DNA of 32,000 nucleotides from an uncultured Granulosicoccaceae bacterium (GCA_964481315.1 CAYZVB010000004.1:1-32000); one strand, 5' to 3'; positions 16,003 through 25,733 are shown, counted from the first letter of the stretch. A program made the numbers and translations. The notes: generated by a model not told the origin, from the sequence alone.

Positions 16003-16509
16003 GTGACGCCAGTGAATAAAAAAGCGCTGATTTACATTAGTCTTGGAAGTAACATTCTTCCGCAACAAAATACAGCGAAAGCCATCGGTACAATTAAAGG
16101 TGAGCTCACTGATTGCGCTGTGTCGAAGGTTTACCGTTCACCGGCGGTGGGTATGGAAGGTGACGACTTTTTAAACGCAGTGATTGGTGGTTACACCTGC
16201 AAAAGTATTGATCAGGTTCTTCAGTGGCTGCGTGACATTGAAGTGCTGCACGGCAGAGTTCGAACCGATAACAAGTTTATTGACCGGCCACTGGATCTTG
16301 ATTTGTTGCTGTATGCGGCAGAAGTTTCGCCCAACCTGCCACACCCCGATATCGAGCAGCAGGCTTATGTGCTGCAGCCACTGGCAGATGTGGCCGGTAC
16401 CCTAATTCATCCGGTGGTTAACAGTTCGATTAGTGCTATGAATAATGCGCTGAAAGTTCGCTGCCCGGAAAAATATGAAGTACTGACCCCGGTAGAGTTG
16501 CCCGGTTAA
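16003..16509 (+). CDS. folK: 2-amino-4-hydroxy-6-hydroxymethyldihydropteridine diphosphokinase (HPPK)
   Basis: It has the HPPK motifs ALIYISLGSN, VYRSPAVG, FLNAVI, RPLDLDLLLY and LPHPDIEQQAYVLQPL. I chose the start at in-frame GTG 16003, just after the folB stop. The ORF track's GTG 15970 would overlap folB. Confidence 0.8.
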   Translation: MTPVNKKALIYISLGSNILPQQNTAKAIGTIKGELTDCAVSKVYRSPAVGMEGDDFLNAVIGGYTCKSIDQVLQWLRDIEVLHGRVRTDNKFIDRPLDLDLLLYAAEVSPNLPHPDIEQQAYVLQPLADVAGTLIHPVVNSSISAMNNALKVRCPEKYEVLTPVELPG

Positions 16510-16522
16510 TAGGTCGCGGTTA

Positions 16523-16549
16523 TGCCTCTGCGATATCACTGCAGAGGCA
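16523..16549. terminator. Hairpin between convergent folK and the DUF1127 gene
   Basis: Perfect 9-bp stem TGCCTCTGC (16523-16531) / GCAGAGGCA (16541-16549) with a 9-nt loop. A T-rich run lies downstream on the + strand. Confidence 0.55.
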
Positions 16550-16559
16550 CAGCGTTTAT

Positions 16560-16814
16560 CTATCTTTGTGGCACATCAAATACCGCGCGGTTACATTCTT
16601 CCTGCGCCTGCGAGCGGGAAATGCCGATATCTCTGAGTTGCTCGTCGGTAAGCTTTGCCAGTTCGCGCCGTTCGGCGTTAATGCTGTACATGGTTATTGC
16701 GTGCGCCAGAATCCATTTGATGCGGTCGGTGAGGCCGTTCCCGGTTTGCCTTGAAGTGCGGTCCGTGCCAGCAGTGCCGAGTGTATTGGATTGATTTGCG
16801 ATCAGAGTAGCCAT
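16560..16814 (-). CDS. DUF1127 domain-containing small protein
   Basis: The C-terminal ERRELAKLTDEQLRDIGISRSQAQEE matches the DUF1127 signature (L..L.D..L.DIG..R). Confidence 0.7.
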   Translation of the reverse strand: MATLIANQSNTLGTAGTDRTSRQTGNGLTDRIKWILAHAITMYSINAERRELAKLTDEQLRDIGISRSQAQEECNRAVFDVPQR

Positions 16815-17070
16815 TTTTTCGTCCTTGAGATTTTATTGGAAATTCAGGGATATAAGCTTCCCTGTTGAGTAGTATTATCGTTCGGCGGCAAAAACAAACC
16901 AGCATGCCGTTACCGGTGGTCTACGGTAATATTCCCCGATGCCTTGTCATCCTTTACCTTTTGCGCATTACCCGTCGCCTTGGCACCATGTGGCGCAATC
17001 CACAAACATCACCTGTACGTAGTTTTTGCCGTACCCGCCGCGTGCTGCCATTTCCGGAAATCTGCAATCT

Positions 17071-17799
17071 ATGTCACCTGAGCCCGAAAAAACCGGACAG
17101 TTCCTCGTTCTTCAGCGGGTTGTAAAAAGCTACCCCGGTGAGATGGCCGGGCCCCCGGTATTGCGTTCCGTGTCGTTTGCGGTTGCCCGCGGGGAACGCG
17201 TTGCTTTACTGGGGCAGAGCGGCTCCGGGAAATCGACGCTGCTTAACGTGGTGTCGGGGATTGACACCATCGACAGCGGGGAGATTGTGATTGACGGTGT
17301 ACTACTGCATGCGCTCTCGGAAAACCAGAGAACGCTGTTCAGACGCGAACACATCGGGTTTATATATCAGTCATTTAACCTGATCCAAACGTTGACAGCG
17401 CTCGAAAATATCAAGCTGCCACTGCAGTTGAACGGTGTGGCCTTAGATTTGACAGAGCAGAACGCACAACAAATGTTGCAACGGGTTGGGCTTGCAGATC
17501 GCGCCGCTGCATTTCCGGATCAGTTATCCGGGGGCGAGCAGCAGCGAGTGGCCATTGCGCGCGCCATGGTACATCGACCTGCACTGGTGCTTGCCGATGA
17601 GCATACCGGTAATCTGGATGCTGAAACCGGCGCACAAATGATGTCACTGTTTAACGAAATTGCCAGTGCAACAGGCCAGACCGTGCTAATGGTGACACAC
17701 AGCCGTGCGGTGGCTTCGACCGCAGACCGGATAATCCGCATGGTCGATGGTGCAGTGGTTGAAGGTGATGGTGACGGGAGCCGGTCTCTTGCCTGGTAA
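17071..17799 (+). CDS. ABC transporter ATP-binding protein (MacB/LolD/AttE-like)
   Basis: It has Walker A GQSGSGKST, the Q-loop, the signature LSGGEQQRVAIARA, Walker B LVLADEHTGNLD and the H-loop VTHS. I place the start at ATG 17071 (MSPEPEK...). Confidence 0.9.
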   Translation: MSPEPEKTGQFLVLQRVVKSYPGEMAGPPVLRSVSFAVARGERVALLGQSGSGKSTLLNVVSGIDTIDSGEIVIDGVLLHALSENQRTLFRREHIGFIYQSFNLIQTLTALENIKLPLQLNGVALDLTEQNAQQMLQRVGLADRAAAFPDQLSGGEQQRVAIARAMVHRPALVLADEHTGNLDAETGAQMMSLFNEIASATGQTVLMVTHSRAVASTADRIIRMVDGAVVEGDGDGSRSLAW

Positions 17800-17818
17800 C
17801 GCAGTGCCGGACTCACCG

Positions 17819-20386
17819 ATGGTACGTGCAGGCGGATCGGTTTACCGGTTGCTGTTGCAGTGCGCCCGCCGTTACTGGGCGCAGCATGTGTGGCAGGCAG
17901 TGCTGATGCTAACCGGCATGGCCCTGGGAGTCGCTGTGGTGTTTAGTGTCGACATTGCCAATCAGAGTGCCAAGCGTGCGTTTGCTTTGTCCCTTGATGC
18001 GATAACCGGTCGCACCACGCACCAGCTTACCGCAGGCAGCAGCGGGCTTGACGAACAGCTATACACCTACCTGCGCACCGAAATTGGCTATCGCAGCAGT
18101 GCACCGGTCGTTGAAGGTTCTATAGTGGTTAACGGTAAGGGCGGCAGTGAAACGATGCAGCTACTGGGGGTGGACCTTTTTGCAGAGCCCATGTTCCGTA
18201 ACCAGCTGGATACTCTGCAGAGCAGCACTGATACGCCGGTGGCCGGTCGTGACCGACTGGCATTGTTGCAGGCGGGCACCGTAGTACTTGGCAGTGCAAC
18301 GGCTGCGCGACTCGGTGTAGCGCCCGGGGACACTCTTGACGTCGAGGCTGCGGGTAGCCGTCACCAACTCACGCTGGTGAACCTGGTCGACACTGACCAG
18401 CAACCGGTGTTCGACTCCATGGCAATGGCAGATATTGCTACCGCACAGTCGCTGCTTGCAATGACCGGCAGGCTTAGCCGAATTGACCTTGTCATAGATA
18501 ATCAACAACAACTCGATACGCTGCAGGCGCAGTTACGCAGCAGGGCACCGGGTATCACCCTGACTGAAGCTTCGCGCCGCAACAATGCGTTGCAGCAAAT
18601 GACTGCTGCATTTCATACTAATCTGCTGGCGATGAGTTTGCTGGCGTTGCTGGTAGGTGCATTTCTGATCTACAACACCGTTACCTTGTCGGTGCTGCAA
18701 CGGCGAGGAGTATTTGGTCAGCTGCGGGTGGTGGGTGTGCAATGAACAGAACTTGCGGTTTCTATTGTTGTTGAAGCGCTGTTGTTTGCAGCGGTTGGGA
18801 TTGCCATTGGTTTGTTGCTTGGTCTGGCACTGGGCAGTGTGTTGCTAAACCTGGTCACACGCACTATTAATGACCTTTACTTTGTACTGGACGTCAGGCG
18901 GTTGGATTTCCCTGTCACAACAGTGCTAAAAGCCATTGGCCTTGGTATTGCCGCTACAGTGCTTGCGGTACTTGCGCCGGCGCGGGAGGCGGCAAACAGC
19001 CCGCCTGTCACCCTGATGCAACGCTCAAGTATAGAGTCGACTACCCGTGCCATGGTGCCTTTATTATCAATCATCGGAGTGTTGAGTGGCGTTGCCGGTA
19101 TTGCTGTGTTGTGGATGAGTGATGGTTTGTTTGCAGCATTTGTTGCGCTGTTTTTGATAGTGATTGGCTACAGTCTCCTTATTCCAAAAGGGCTTGTCAT
19201 GCTGGTGGTGCTGTTTAAGAAACTGCCGGTGTTTAAAAACGGCGGGCTGGGGCAATACCCCTTCCGATCATTAACAGCCAGCTTAAGCCGGACGTCAGTG
19301 GCTGTCGCGGCACTTGTGGTTGCGGTATCGGCGACCTGCGGTGTTGGTATTATGATTGGCAGCTTCCGGTTGTCTGTGTCTGACTGGCTCGGCCAGACAC
19401 TGCAGGCAGACTACTATGTCAGAGATGCACAGTCGCTGAGCAATGCGCTCCCTGAGTCATTGCTACCGGCGGTTAAACAGATTGAAGGGGCGCAGGGTTT
19501 TCGCCTTGCGCGCACGTTTGACATAGAAGCTGAAAACCTACCCGCCACCCTGCTTGCTCTGGAATTTGCCGGTGACATTGAAAAAGGTTTGTCATTCAGT
19601 GATAAGGATATTGTGGTGTCTGATGCGTGGCAGCAGTGGCAGGCGCCGGATACTGTTTTTGTTTCCGAACCGCTGGCACGACGCTATTCAGTGAGCCGCG
19701 GTGACAACCTCGGTATCAATACATCTGCTGGCAGTGTTAACTTCACTATTGCTGGTATTTTTACTGACTACGGTGCCGGTAAAGGGCTGGTGATTATGCC
19801 AATGTCTACTATGCATCGGCACTGGAGTGATCGCGGGCTGAGTTCAATAGGTGTGTCAGTGGCCGGTGGCAGTGAAACCCAGGTTGCCGATCAATTGCGC
19901 AAGGAGGTGAATGCATCCCCCGGCTTAATGATGCGTTCGAACAAAGATATTCGTGATCTGTCGCTGACTATCTTTGATCGCACATTTGCAATTACACATG
20001 TGTTGCGGCTACTCACTGTGGGGGTTGCGTTTGTCGGAATTTTAAGTGCGTTAATGGCGCTGTCACTTGAAAGGCGAGCAGAGTTTGCTGTATTGCGTGC
20101 CCTTGGCATGACTCCATCTGAACTGCGACGGCTGTTGTTTACGCAGACCGGTACCATGGGTTTGATTGCTGGACTACTGGCGCTGCCACTGGGTATTGTT
20201 ATGTCTGCCATTCTGGTTGCGGTGATCAATGTCAGGTCATTCGGCTGGACGATGCAGTTCCATATACCACCGGCTGTGCTGGCAGAGAGTGTGGTACTGG
20301 CGCTGGTGGCAGCATTGCTCGCCGGAGCTTATCCTGCGTGGCGACTTAGCCAAATGTCACCGTCACAGGCGTTGCGCCACCAATGA
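17819..20386 (+). pseudogene. Double-FtsX-domain ABC permease (AttF/G-like, ~855 codons) interrupted by one in-frame TGA at 18743-18745
   Basis: ORFs 17747-18745 and 18782-20386 are in the same frame (offset 1035 = 345x3). The junction reads LSVLQRRGVFGQLRVVGVQ-TGA-TELAVSIVVEALLFAAVGIAIG. This is the conserved cytoplasmic loop of a single FtsX domain (ER..E.G.LRA.G......EA), so the stop splits a domain. A second FtsX domain lies at the C-terminus (LSLERRAEFAVLRALGMTPSELRRLL). Confidence 0.7.
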
Positions 20387-21510
20387 ATACATCGTTTATT
20401 AAAAAGTATATGGGGGCCGGGCTGTTGTTACTGGTGGCCTGTGATTATTCTTTTGAAAAAACACCGGTCACCACCGATGCGTCATCAATAGTCTCTTTAC
20501 ATACCGAGCTAGGTGGTGATGCCGGTGGTTATGAAAGAGCCTGTGGGCCACGTGAATTTACTTTCCCTGCTGATCATGGTGCACATCGTGAGTTCAGAAA
20601 CGAGTGGTGGTATATCACCGGTAACGTGAAAAGTGAAAGCACCGATCTTGGTTTTCATGTGACGTTTTTCAGGGTAGCTAATCAGCCGGAACCTGCTGAT
20701 AGCGAGTCTGCATGGGCTGCATCACAATTTTACATGGGGCACTTCGCCGTTACCGCGGCGGGGCAGCAAAAGGTTCGTGCACACGAACGTTTTGCAAGGG
20801 CCGCGGCAGGACTTGCCGGTGCTGAGCAACGCAATAGTGAAACGACGGTTTGGCTTGATGACTGGAAGCTCACGCACACTGCTGCTGGTGCCTGGGCGCT
20901 CGACGTGGCAGATGGCAGCGAAAAAATTAGTCTGACACTCACTGCTGAAAAACCTGTGGTATTGCAGGGAGAGGCGGGTTACAGCCGTAAGAGTGCCGAC
21001 CCCTGCAATGCTTCGTATTATTACTCCATGCCGCGGCTGCGCGCTGAAGGTCAAATCAGTGTTGCCGGTGAAAGCTATGACGTGACCGGTTCTGCATGGC
21101 TTGATCGTGAGTGGAGCAGCAGTGCACTGGCAGCTGATCAGGTTGGCTGGGACTGGTTTGCCCTGCAACTCGACGACGGACGCGACATTATGTTTTATCA
21201 GTTACGTAACTCAGACGGCAGCGCCGACCCGCACAGCCATGCGGTTGAAATTGATCAATCCGGTGACAGGCGATCCATTCCAGTGCCTGAACTAATCATT
21301 GACCACTGGTGGCAAAGCCCGAACGGTGGTAACTATCCGGTGGCTGGTCGGCTGCGACGTAGCGATACCGGTGAAGTGATTGTGTTTGAGCCATTGATCG
21401 AAAATCAGGAACTGTTACTGACGGTGCGATACTGGGAGGGTGCAATCCGCTTACGCAACGAAAGCGGTGAGCCTGTCGGTCGCGGGTATCTTGAACTGAC
21501 CGGCTACTGA
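20383..21510 (+). CDS. AttH / CrtC-like (hydroxyneurosporene-synthase-fold, lipocalin-like) lipoprotein
   Basis: It has a lipobox (GAGLLLLVAC) and the motif FTFPADHGAHREFRNEWWYITGN..LGFHVTFFR, typical of AttH/CrtC-family proteins. The start overlaps the permease stop (ATGA). Confidence 0.8.
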   Translation: MNTSFIKKYMGAGLLLLVACDYSFEKTPVTTDASSIVSLHTELGGDAGGYERACGPREFTFPADHGAHREFRNEWWYITGNVKSESTDLGFHVTFFRVANQPEPADSESAWAASQFYMGHFAVTAAGQQKVRAHERFARAAAGLAGAEQRNSETTVWLDDWKLTHTAAGAWALDVADGSEKISLTLTAEKPVVLQGEAGYSRKSADPCNASYYYSMPRLRAEGQISVAGESYDVTGSAWLDREWSSSALAADQVGWDWFALQLDDGRDIMFYQLRNSDGSADPHSHAVEIDQSGDRRSIPVPELIIDHWWQSPNGGNYPVAGRLRRSDTGEVIVFEPLIENQELLLTVRYWEGAIRLRNESGEPVGRGYLELTGY

Positions 21511-22000
21511 TCAACAGCTATACAGTCAAGCTTATTGGTCGAATGGTGCAACTAACTTGTACAGCAGTGTTCCCCTTTGTAGTTGCCACCGTAGTGGTAC
21601 TGTCATTTTCGGTGTAGATGAATATAGATTTGTGTTTTTGTAAGAATGCTATTGCGTTGTGTGCTTCTTGTGCTTTTAAAGATAAACCTGCGCCTGCTGC
21701 TGTTTGGACCCACTGCGTAGCAGCAATTTATCCGTTCGAATAAATACTTTATGTATTAATGAATGGCATTTTACGGGTATGCATCATGGGTTGAGTTGTG
21801 TCTTTGTCGATTAAGGCATCAGACATGACGCATTGTGCACGGGTGTTTCCCGTGACACCTTTACCGAACTATAGTAGTTTCACCGTGAGGATCTGTGACA
21901 AGTGTATGTTATGTGGTCAGTACTTCCACAAGCAGGTGCTTTTGCCTTTATAAGGTTTATGTGTAAATAAAACACCGTAAAACTACTGTGAGGAGGGAAT

Positions 22001-23608
22001 ATGGCGAGTGATCCAATTGAGGTCAGGACTGAACGGGATCTTGAGTATCACACCGATTATAAGATGGGGCAGGACAACATCCGTCCGTTTGGCCTCGACA
22101 TTCATAACCCGGTTTTTTTAATTTCAAGCGTCATCATTGGCGCCTTCGTGCTTTTATCGCTGGCCAATCAGGAAGCATCTGCAGAATTCTTTGGATGGCT
22201 GCGTCCCTGGCTTACAAGTACTTTCGACTGGTTTTTAGTTCTATCTGTCGATGCAATCACCCTGTTCTGTCTTGTGCTCATCATATTGCCGGTGGGGGCA
22301 GTAAGAATCGGTGGTAAAGATGCCCGTCCTGACTATTCATATGCCGGCTGGATCGCAATGATGTTTGCTGCGGGTATTGGCATTGGTCTGTTATTTTTCG
22401 GTGTACTCGAACCGGTTTACTATAACTTTGCTGAAGGCGGCAATGCTGCGCCACTTGGTATTGATATTACGCAGCCCGGTAACGAGTATGCCGGAGTGGT
22501 CGGTACCATCCACCACTGGGGCCTTGAGGGCTGGGCAGTTTATGCAGCAGTTGGGTTAAGTCTGGCGATATTTTGCTATAACCTGAAACTGCCGCTTACA
22601 CTTCGTTCGGCGTTTTACCCAATACTGGGTGAGCGCATCTGGGGCTGGTGGGGACACGCCATCGATACACTGGCAGTGTTTGCAACGTTGTTCGGACTCA
22701 CTACGTCACTCGGGCTTGGTGCACAACAAGTGGCTGCAGGTCTGAATGAAATATTTGGTATTGAACCAAGTAACACTGTTACGGTAATGCTGATTATCGG
22801 TATCACTATGATTGCACTGGTTTCAGTGTGTCTGGGCATGGATAAGGGCGTTAAGCGGCTTTCCGAAATAAACATGGTGATGGCGGTAGTGCTGTTTATT
22901 TTTGTGATATTCGCCACCGGTGCCGGTGCGGCAATTTCGCGTTACGGCAGTGTGATGGTGGATTACGTGGTCGCGTTACCGGCGCTGTCGAATCCGTTCG
23001 GTCGCGAAGACACCAGTTACTTTCATGGCTGGACAACGTTCTACTGGGCGTGGTGGATTGCATGGTCTCCGTTTGTTGGTATGTTTATCGCGCGAATATC
23101 AAAAGGACGTACAGTGCGTGAATTTGTAATCTGTGCACTGCTTGCGCCAACGCTTGTTTGTGCGTTTTGGATGTCAACCTTTGGTGGCGCTGCCATTGAT
23201 ATGCTTAACGCCGGCGGGGCTGAAGGAGTACGGGCAACGGTTATTGACAGCTACGCTCCCGAAGGTGCGCTCTTTGGTTTTCTGAAGGAGTTACCTCTGT
23301 ACGGTATAGTGGCGCCAATCTCATTGATTCTGATTGTGATCTTTTTTGTTACATCGTCAGATAGCGGAAGTCTGGTTATCGATACCATTACCGCCGGTGG
23401 GAAAATGGATGCGCCCGTTGTTCAGCGTGTTTTCTGGTGCACCCTGGAAGGGCTTGTCGCCATTGCGCTGTTGTTAGGCGGTGGTTTGAGTGCGCTGCAG
23501 GGGGCTGCAGTATCAACCGGCATTCCGTTTACCATTGTGGTGCTCGTGATGTGTTACTGTCTGTGGCTTGCTCTGAGATCGGAGCACGCGAAACTTAAGC
23601 ACAGTTAG
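22001..23608 (+). CDS. BCCT-family (betaine/carnitine/choline-type) compatible-solute transporter
   Basis: It has a GAGGAGGG Shine-Dalgarno sequence, 12-TM-like hydrophobicity, and the BCCT signature WTTFYWAWWIAWSPFVGMFIARISKGRTVREF. Confidence 0.9.
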   Translation: MASDPIEVRTERDLEYHTDYKMGQDNIRPFGLDIHNPVFLISSVIIGAFVLLSLANQEASAEFFGWLRPWLTSTFDWFLVLSVDAITLFCLVLIILPVGAVRIGGKDARPDYSYAGWIAMMFAAGIGIGLLFFGVLEPVYYNFAEGGNAAPLGIDITQPGNEYAGVVGTIHHWGLEGWAVYAAVGLSLAIFCYNLKLPLTLRSAFYPILGERIWGWWGHAIDTLAVFATLFGLTTSLGLGAQQVAAGLNEIFGIEPSNTVTVMLIIGITMIALVSVCLGMDKGVKRLSEINMVMAVVLFIFVIFATGAGAAISRYGSVMVDYVVALPALSNPFGREDTSYFHGWTTFYWAWWIAWSPFVGMFIARISKGRTVREFVICALLAPTLVCAFWMSTFGGAAIDMLNAGGAEGVRATVIDSYAPEGALFGFLKELPLYGIVAPISLILIVIFFVTSSDSGSLVIDTITAGGKMDAPVVQRVFWCTLEGLVAIALLLGGGLSALQGAAVSTGIPFTIVVLVMCYCLWLALRSEHAKLKHS

Positions 23609-23618
23609 TTGTAAACGG

Positions 23619-23643
23619 CTGGCCGGTAGTTTGTACCGGCCAG
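23619..23643. terminator. Hairpin between the convergent BCCT and lipoprotein genes
   Basis: Perfect 10-bp stem CTGGCCGGTA (23619-23628) / TACCGGCCAG (23634-23643) with loop GTTTG. Confidence 0.6.
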
Positions 23644-23650
23644 TCTATGT

Positions 23651-24679
23651 TTACTCAACCTTTCTGCGGCGACTATGACCGTGTGTCTCGGCCATCATGA
23701 TGGTGGTTGTTCCGACACGATTAGCACCGTTGGAGTATCCGACCACTTTGAGCTTATGGTTCTCCTGAATGGAGAATGGTTCAGTGACAGCGCCGTTAGC
23801 GTCGAGGAACGTCGTTTCGTCACTGATCGAAAAAATAAAGTTTTTGATCCTGAAGCTACTGCTAACGTAAACCGCAGTAACCATATTTTTAACCGTGACT
23901 GTTTCAAACTGCGCCGGCATCGGCTGCGTAACGATAGACGCGCCCGTCGCGAAAAGTGGTGTGTCAGGCAGGCTGTCGGGTTCCGGATTTAGCAGTTCTG
24001 CCTTGATCGTTGTGCCGAGGGTCAGTTCCCGGTTATCTACAGCCAGCATGAGTGACTGACTGTCGATACTGGTTCCACCGATCAGTAGGGTTTGTGTCGA
24101 TTCCGATTCCAGTCCACCGACAACATAATAGTTTTGTTCGAGATCGGGAACCCTGATGTAATCTGCGACTATGTTGCCGCTTGCATCTCTACTTCCGCTC
24201 ACCTCGATGATGTTGTCCTGAAATATATCTTCAACAGTCAGCGAATCGAGATGCGTATCCGGTGTAACGCTAATTGTCTGGCCCAGCACTTCAATAATAG
24301 ATTTATCATCTGATGTTGTTTCTATGGGGCCGGACAACAGCGGCTGGTACATGATGGAGGTTGCAGTCTTTTGCCGGTAGTCGACTTTGGCAACCACTGA
24401 CATACCCATTCTCAGTTCTTCGAACTGAGCTGTTTTGCCATTGATAGATATTTCCGCCTGCGCAGCGTCGAATGCCACACCGTCGATTGAAAGCTGGTTT
24501 ACTGAATCTACCTGTCCAACGAATATGCCGGTGTCAAGTATGGGAGCAGTCTTGCCAGTGCCGCTGATACCTCCTGTGGGATTGTCGCTACAGCCGATAA
24601 AAAACAGTGTCGAAAGAAATAACAGAGTGCAAATTGATTTATACACAGGGCGTGGCATCGTTTTATATGAGTTTTGCAT
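23651..24679 (-). CDS. Lipoprotein with four degenerate beta-rich repeats (DUF5666-like, tentative)
   Basis: It has a signal plus lipobox (LLFLSTLFFIGC). Four ~50-60-aa units share the pattern G.V.SV.....L.V.G..V.V...T...........G..V.V.G, for example GQVDSVNQLSIDGVAFD... and IEVLGQTISVTPDT... The start may be the internal ATG at 24658. Confidence 0.65.
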   Translation of the reverse strand: MQNSYKTMPRPVYKSICTLLFLSTLFFIGCSDNPTGGISGTGKTAPILDTGIFVGQVDSVNQLSIDGVAFDAAQAEISINGKTAQFEELRMGMSVVAKVDYRQKTATSIMYQPLLSGPIETTSDDKSIIEVLGQTISVTPDTHLDSLTVEDIFQDNIIEVSGSRDASGNIVADYIRVPDLEQNYYVVGGLESESTQTLLIGGTSIDSQSLMLAVDNRELTLGTTIKAELLNPEPDSLPDTPLFATGASIVTQPMPAQFETVTVKNMVTAVYVSSSFRIKNFIFSISDETTFLDANGAVTEPFSIQENHKLKVVGYSNGANRVGTTTIMMAETHGHSRRRKVE

Positions 24680-24686
24680 TGATTAC

Positions 24687-25733
24687 TTATTCCGGCTTTG
24701 CCGACGTTTCCTGCGTTTGGCCGGTTGCCGGCTCTATAAGACTGTCGTCGATACGCCGTTGTTTCGACTGAAACTGATAGATGCCGACGCCAACCCGGTA
24801 CTTATCGGTAGTGGTGGCAGAAGCGGTGAGACTGGAAAGCCATTTGTCGAGTTTTTCCAGTAGCTTTTGGCTTTCGGCGGCAGCGTACTGCTGAAATTCG
24901 GGAACTCTTTCGACCGGAACATTGATATACGCCACTTTGCGCTGAAACAATTTTGATGTGTTGTTCTGGCCATTGCCGTTGCCAGGGGCGTGGTCAGCGT
25001 CGTGGCCAGCGCTCTGGTCAATATTGTGTGCGATGGTTTCAATTAAGTCAGAGGTGTCTGTGCCAAGTACATTGACGCCATGTTCTTCTGTTGAGTTCAG
25101 GTATACCGACTTTTCCAGTTTTATCAGGCCGCGCTTTGTAGTGCTTATAATGCCCAGCCGTTCCAGTTCCTGTTTGATTGCTGTAGGCGTTATATCGCCG
25201 CTGTACTTCTTTACCAGTAACTCAAAGCTTTTATCGCCTTCCGGGCTTAGTGCGGCAGGGTTTCCGCTTGCGGTATGAAATTTTGAATCCCGCAGCCATC
25301 CTGAAACCACTCTGGATGTTCTGTTGAGCTTGTCACTGGTTTCCTGGTCTGTCAGTGGTGGCAGGGACTCGAGTCGACGGATTTCACGTCTGTACATGCC
25401 AGTCATTGCACAGATTCGCGATGTGGTGGTTCTGGCGTTTTCCTCCTGAATAAGCTCCATCGCTGCAGACAGGTAGGCACGGCGTGCCAGCTCGTTCATT
25501 GCACTGACAGACATGCCGCGGCGAAGCGTAAACCTCGCCATTGCTTTTAGAACCTTGTACACCGCGACTGATAGTCCGGTTTTTTGAATGTCTGGTTCAA
25601 CAGAACTATTCATTAGTTTTTGAAACAATCCCTGAGTGCTGATTAAATCCTGTGGCACGTGTTCACATACAATTAACAGCAGGTTGTGCATCGACGCGGC
25701 GACAGGTTGCCTTGTGCGGGAAAGTTTCGGCAT
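24687..25733 (-). CDS. Hypothetical protein, possible HTH-containing regulator (DUF6502-like, tentative)
   Basis: Clean 348-aa ORF ending 7 nt before the lipoprotein gene. The segment RRGMSVSAMNELARRAYLSAAMELIQEENARTTTSRICAMTGMYRREIRRL looks like a helix-turn-helix module. Confidence 0.6.
   Translation of the reverse strand: MPKLSRTRQPVAASMHNLLLIVCEHVPQDLISTQGLFQKLMNSSVEPDIQKTGLSVAVYKVLKAMARFTLRRGMSVSAMNELARRAYLSAAMELIQEENARTTTSRICAMTGMYRREIRRLESLPPLTDQETSDKLNRTSRVVSGWLRDSKFHTASGNPAALSPEGDKSFELLVKKYSGDITPTAIKQELERLGIISTTKRGLIKLEKSVYLNSTEEHGVNVLGTDTSDLIETIAHNIDQSAGHDADHAPGNGNGQNNTSKLFQRKVAYINVPVERVPEFQQYAAAESQKLLEKLDKWLSSLTASATTTDKYRVGVGIYQFQSKQRRIDDSLIEPATGQTQETSAKPE

Noticed and set aside
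17747-17818. Upstream ATG (17747) for the permease, and ATG 17026 for the ATPase
   Set aside because: ATG 17747 would overlap the ATPase by 53 nt. Both extensions encode atypical residues that are not part of the conserved N-termini. The internal ATGs at 17819 and 17071 fit better.
18743-18745. TGA in the permease as selenocysteine or programmed recoding
   Set aside because: I found no convincing SECIS-like hairpin in the 40 nt downstream. The position normally holds an ordinary loop residue in FtsX domains, so a nonsense mutation or sequencing error is more parsimonious.
20722-21168. 148-aa minus-strand ORF inside the AttH-like gene, plus similar alternative-frame ORFs at 10766-11215, 13147-13642, 26466-26790 and 27044-27635
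   Set aside because: All are fully embedded in, or antisense to, genes with clear family motifs. Their composition is low-complexity or Cys/Arg-rich.
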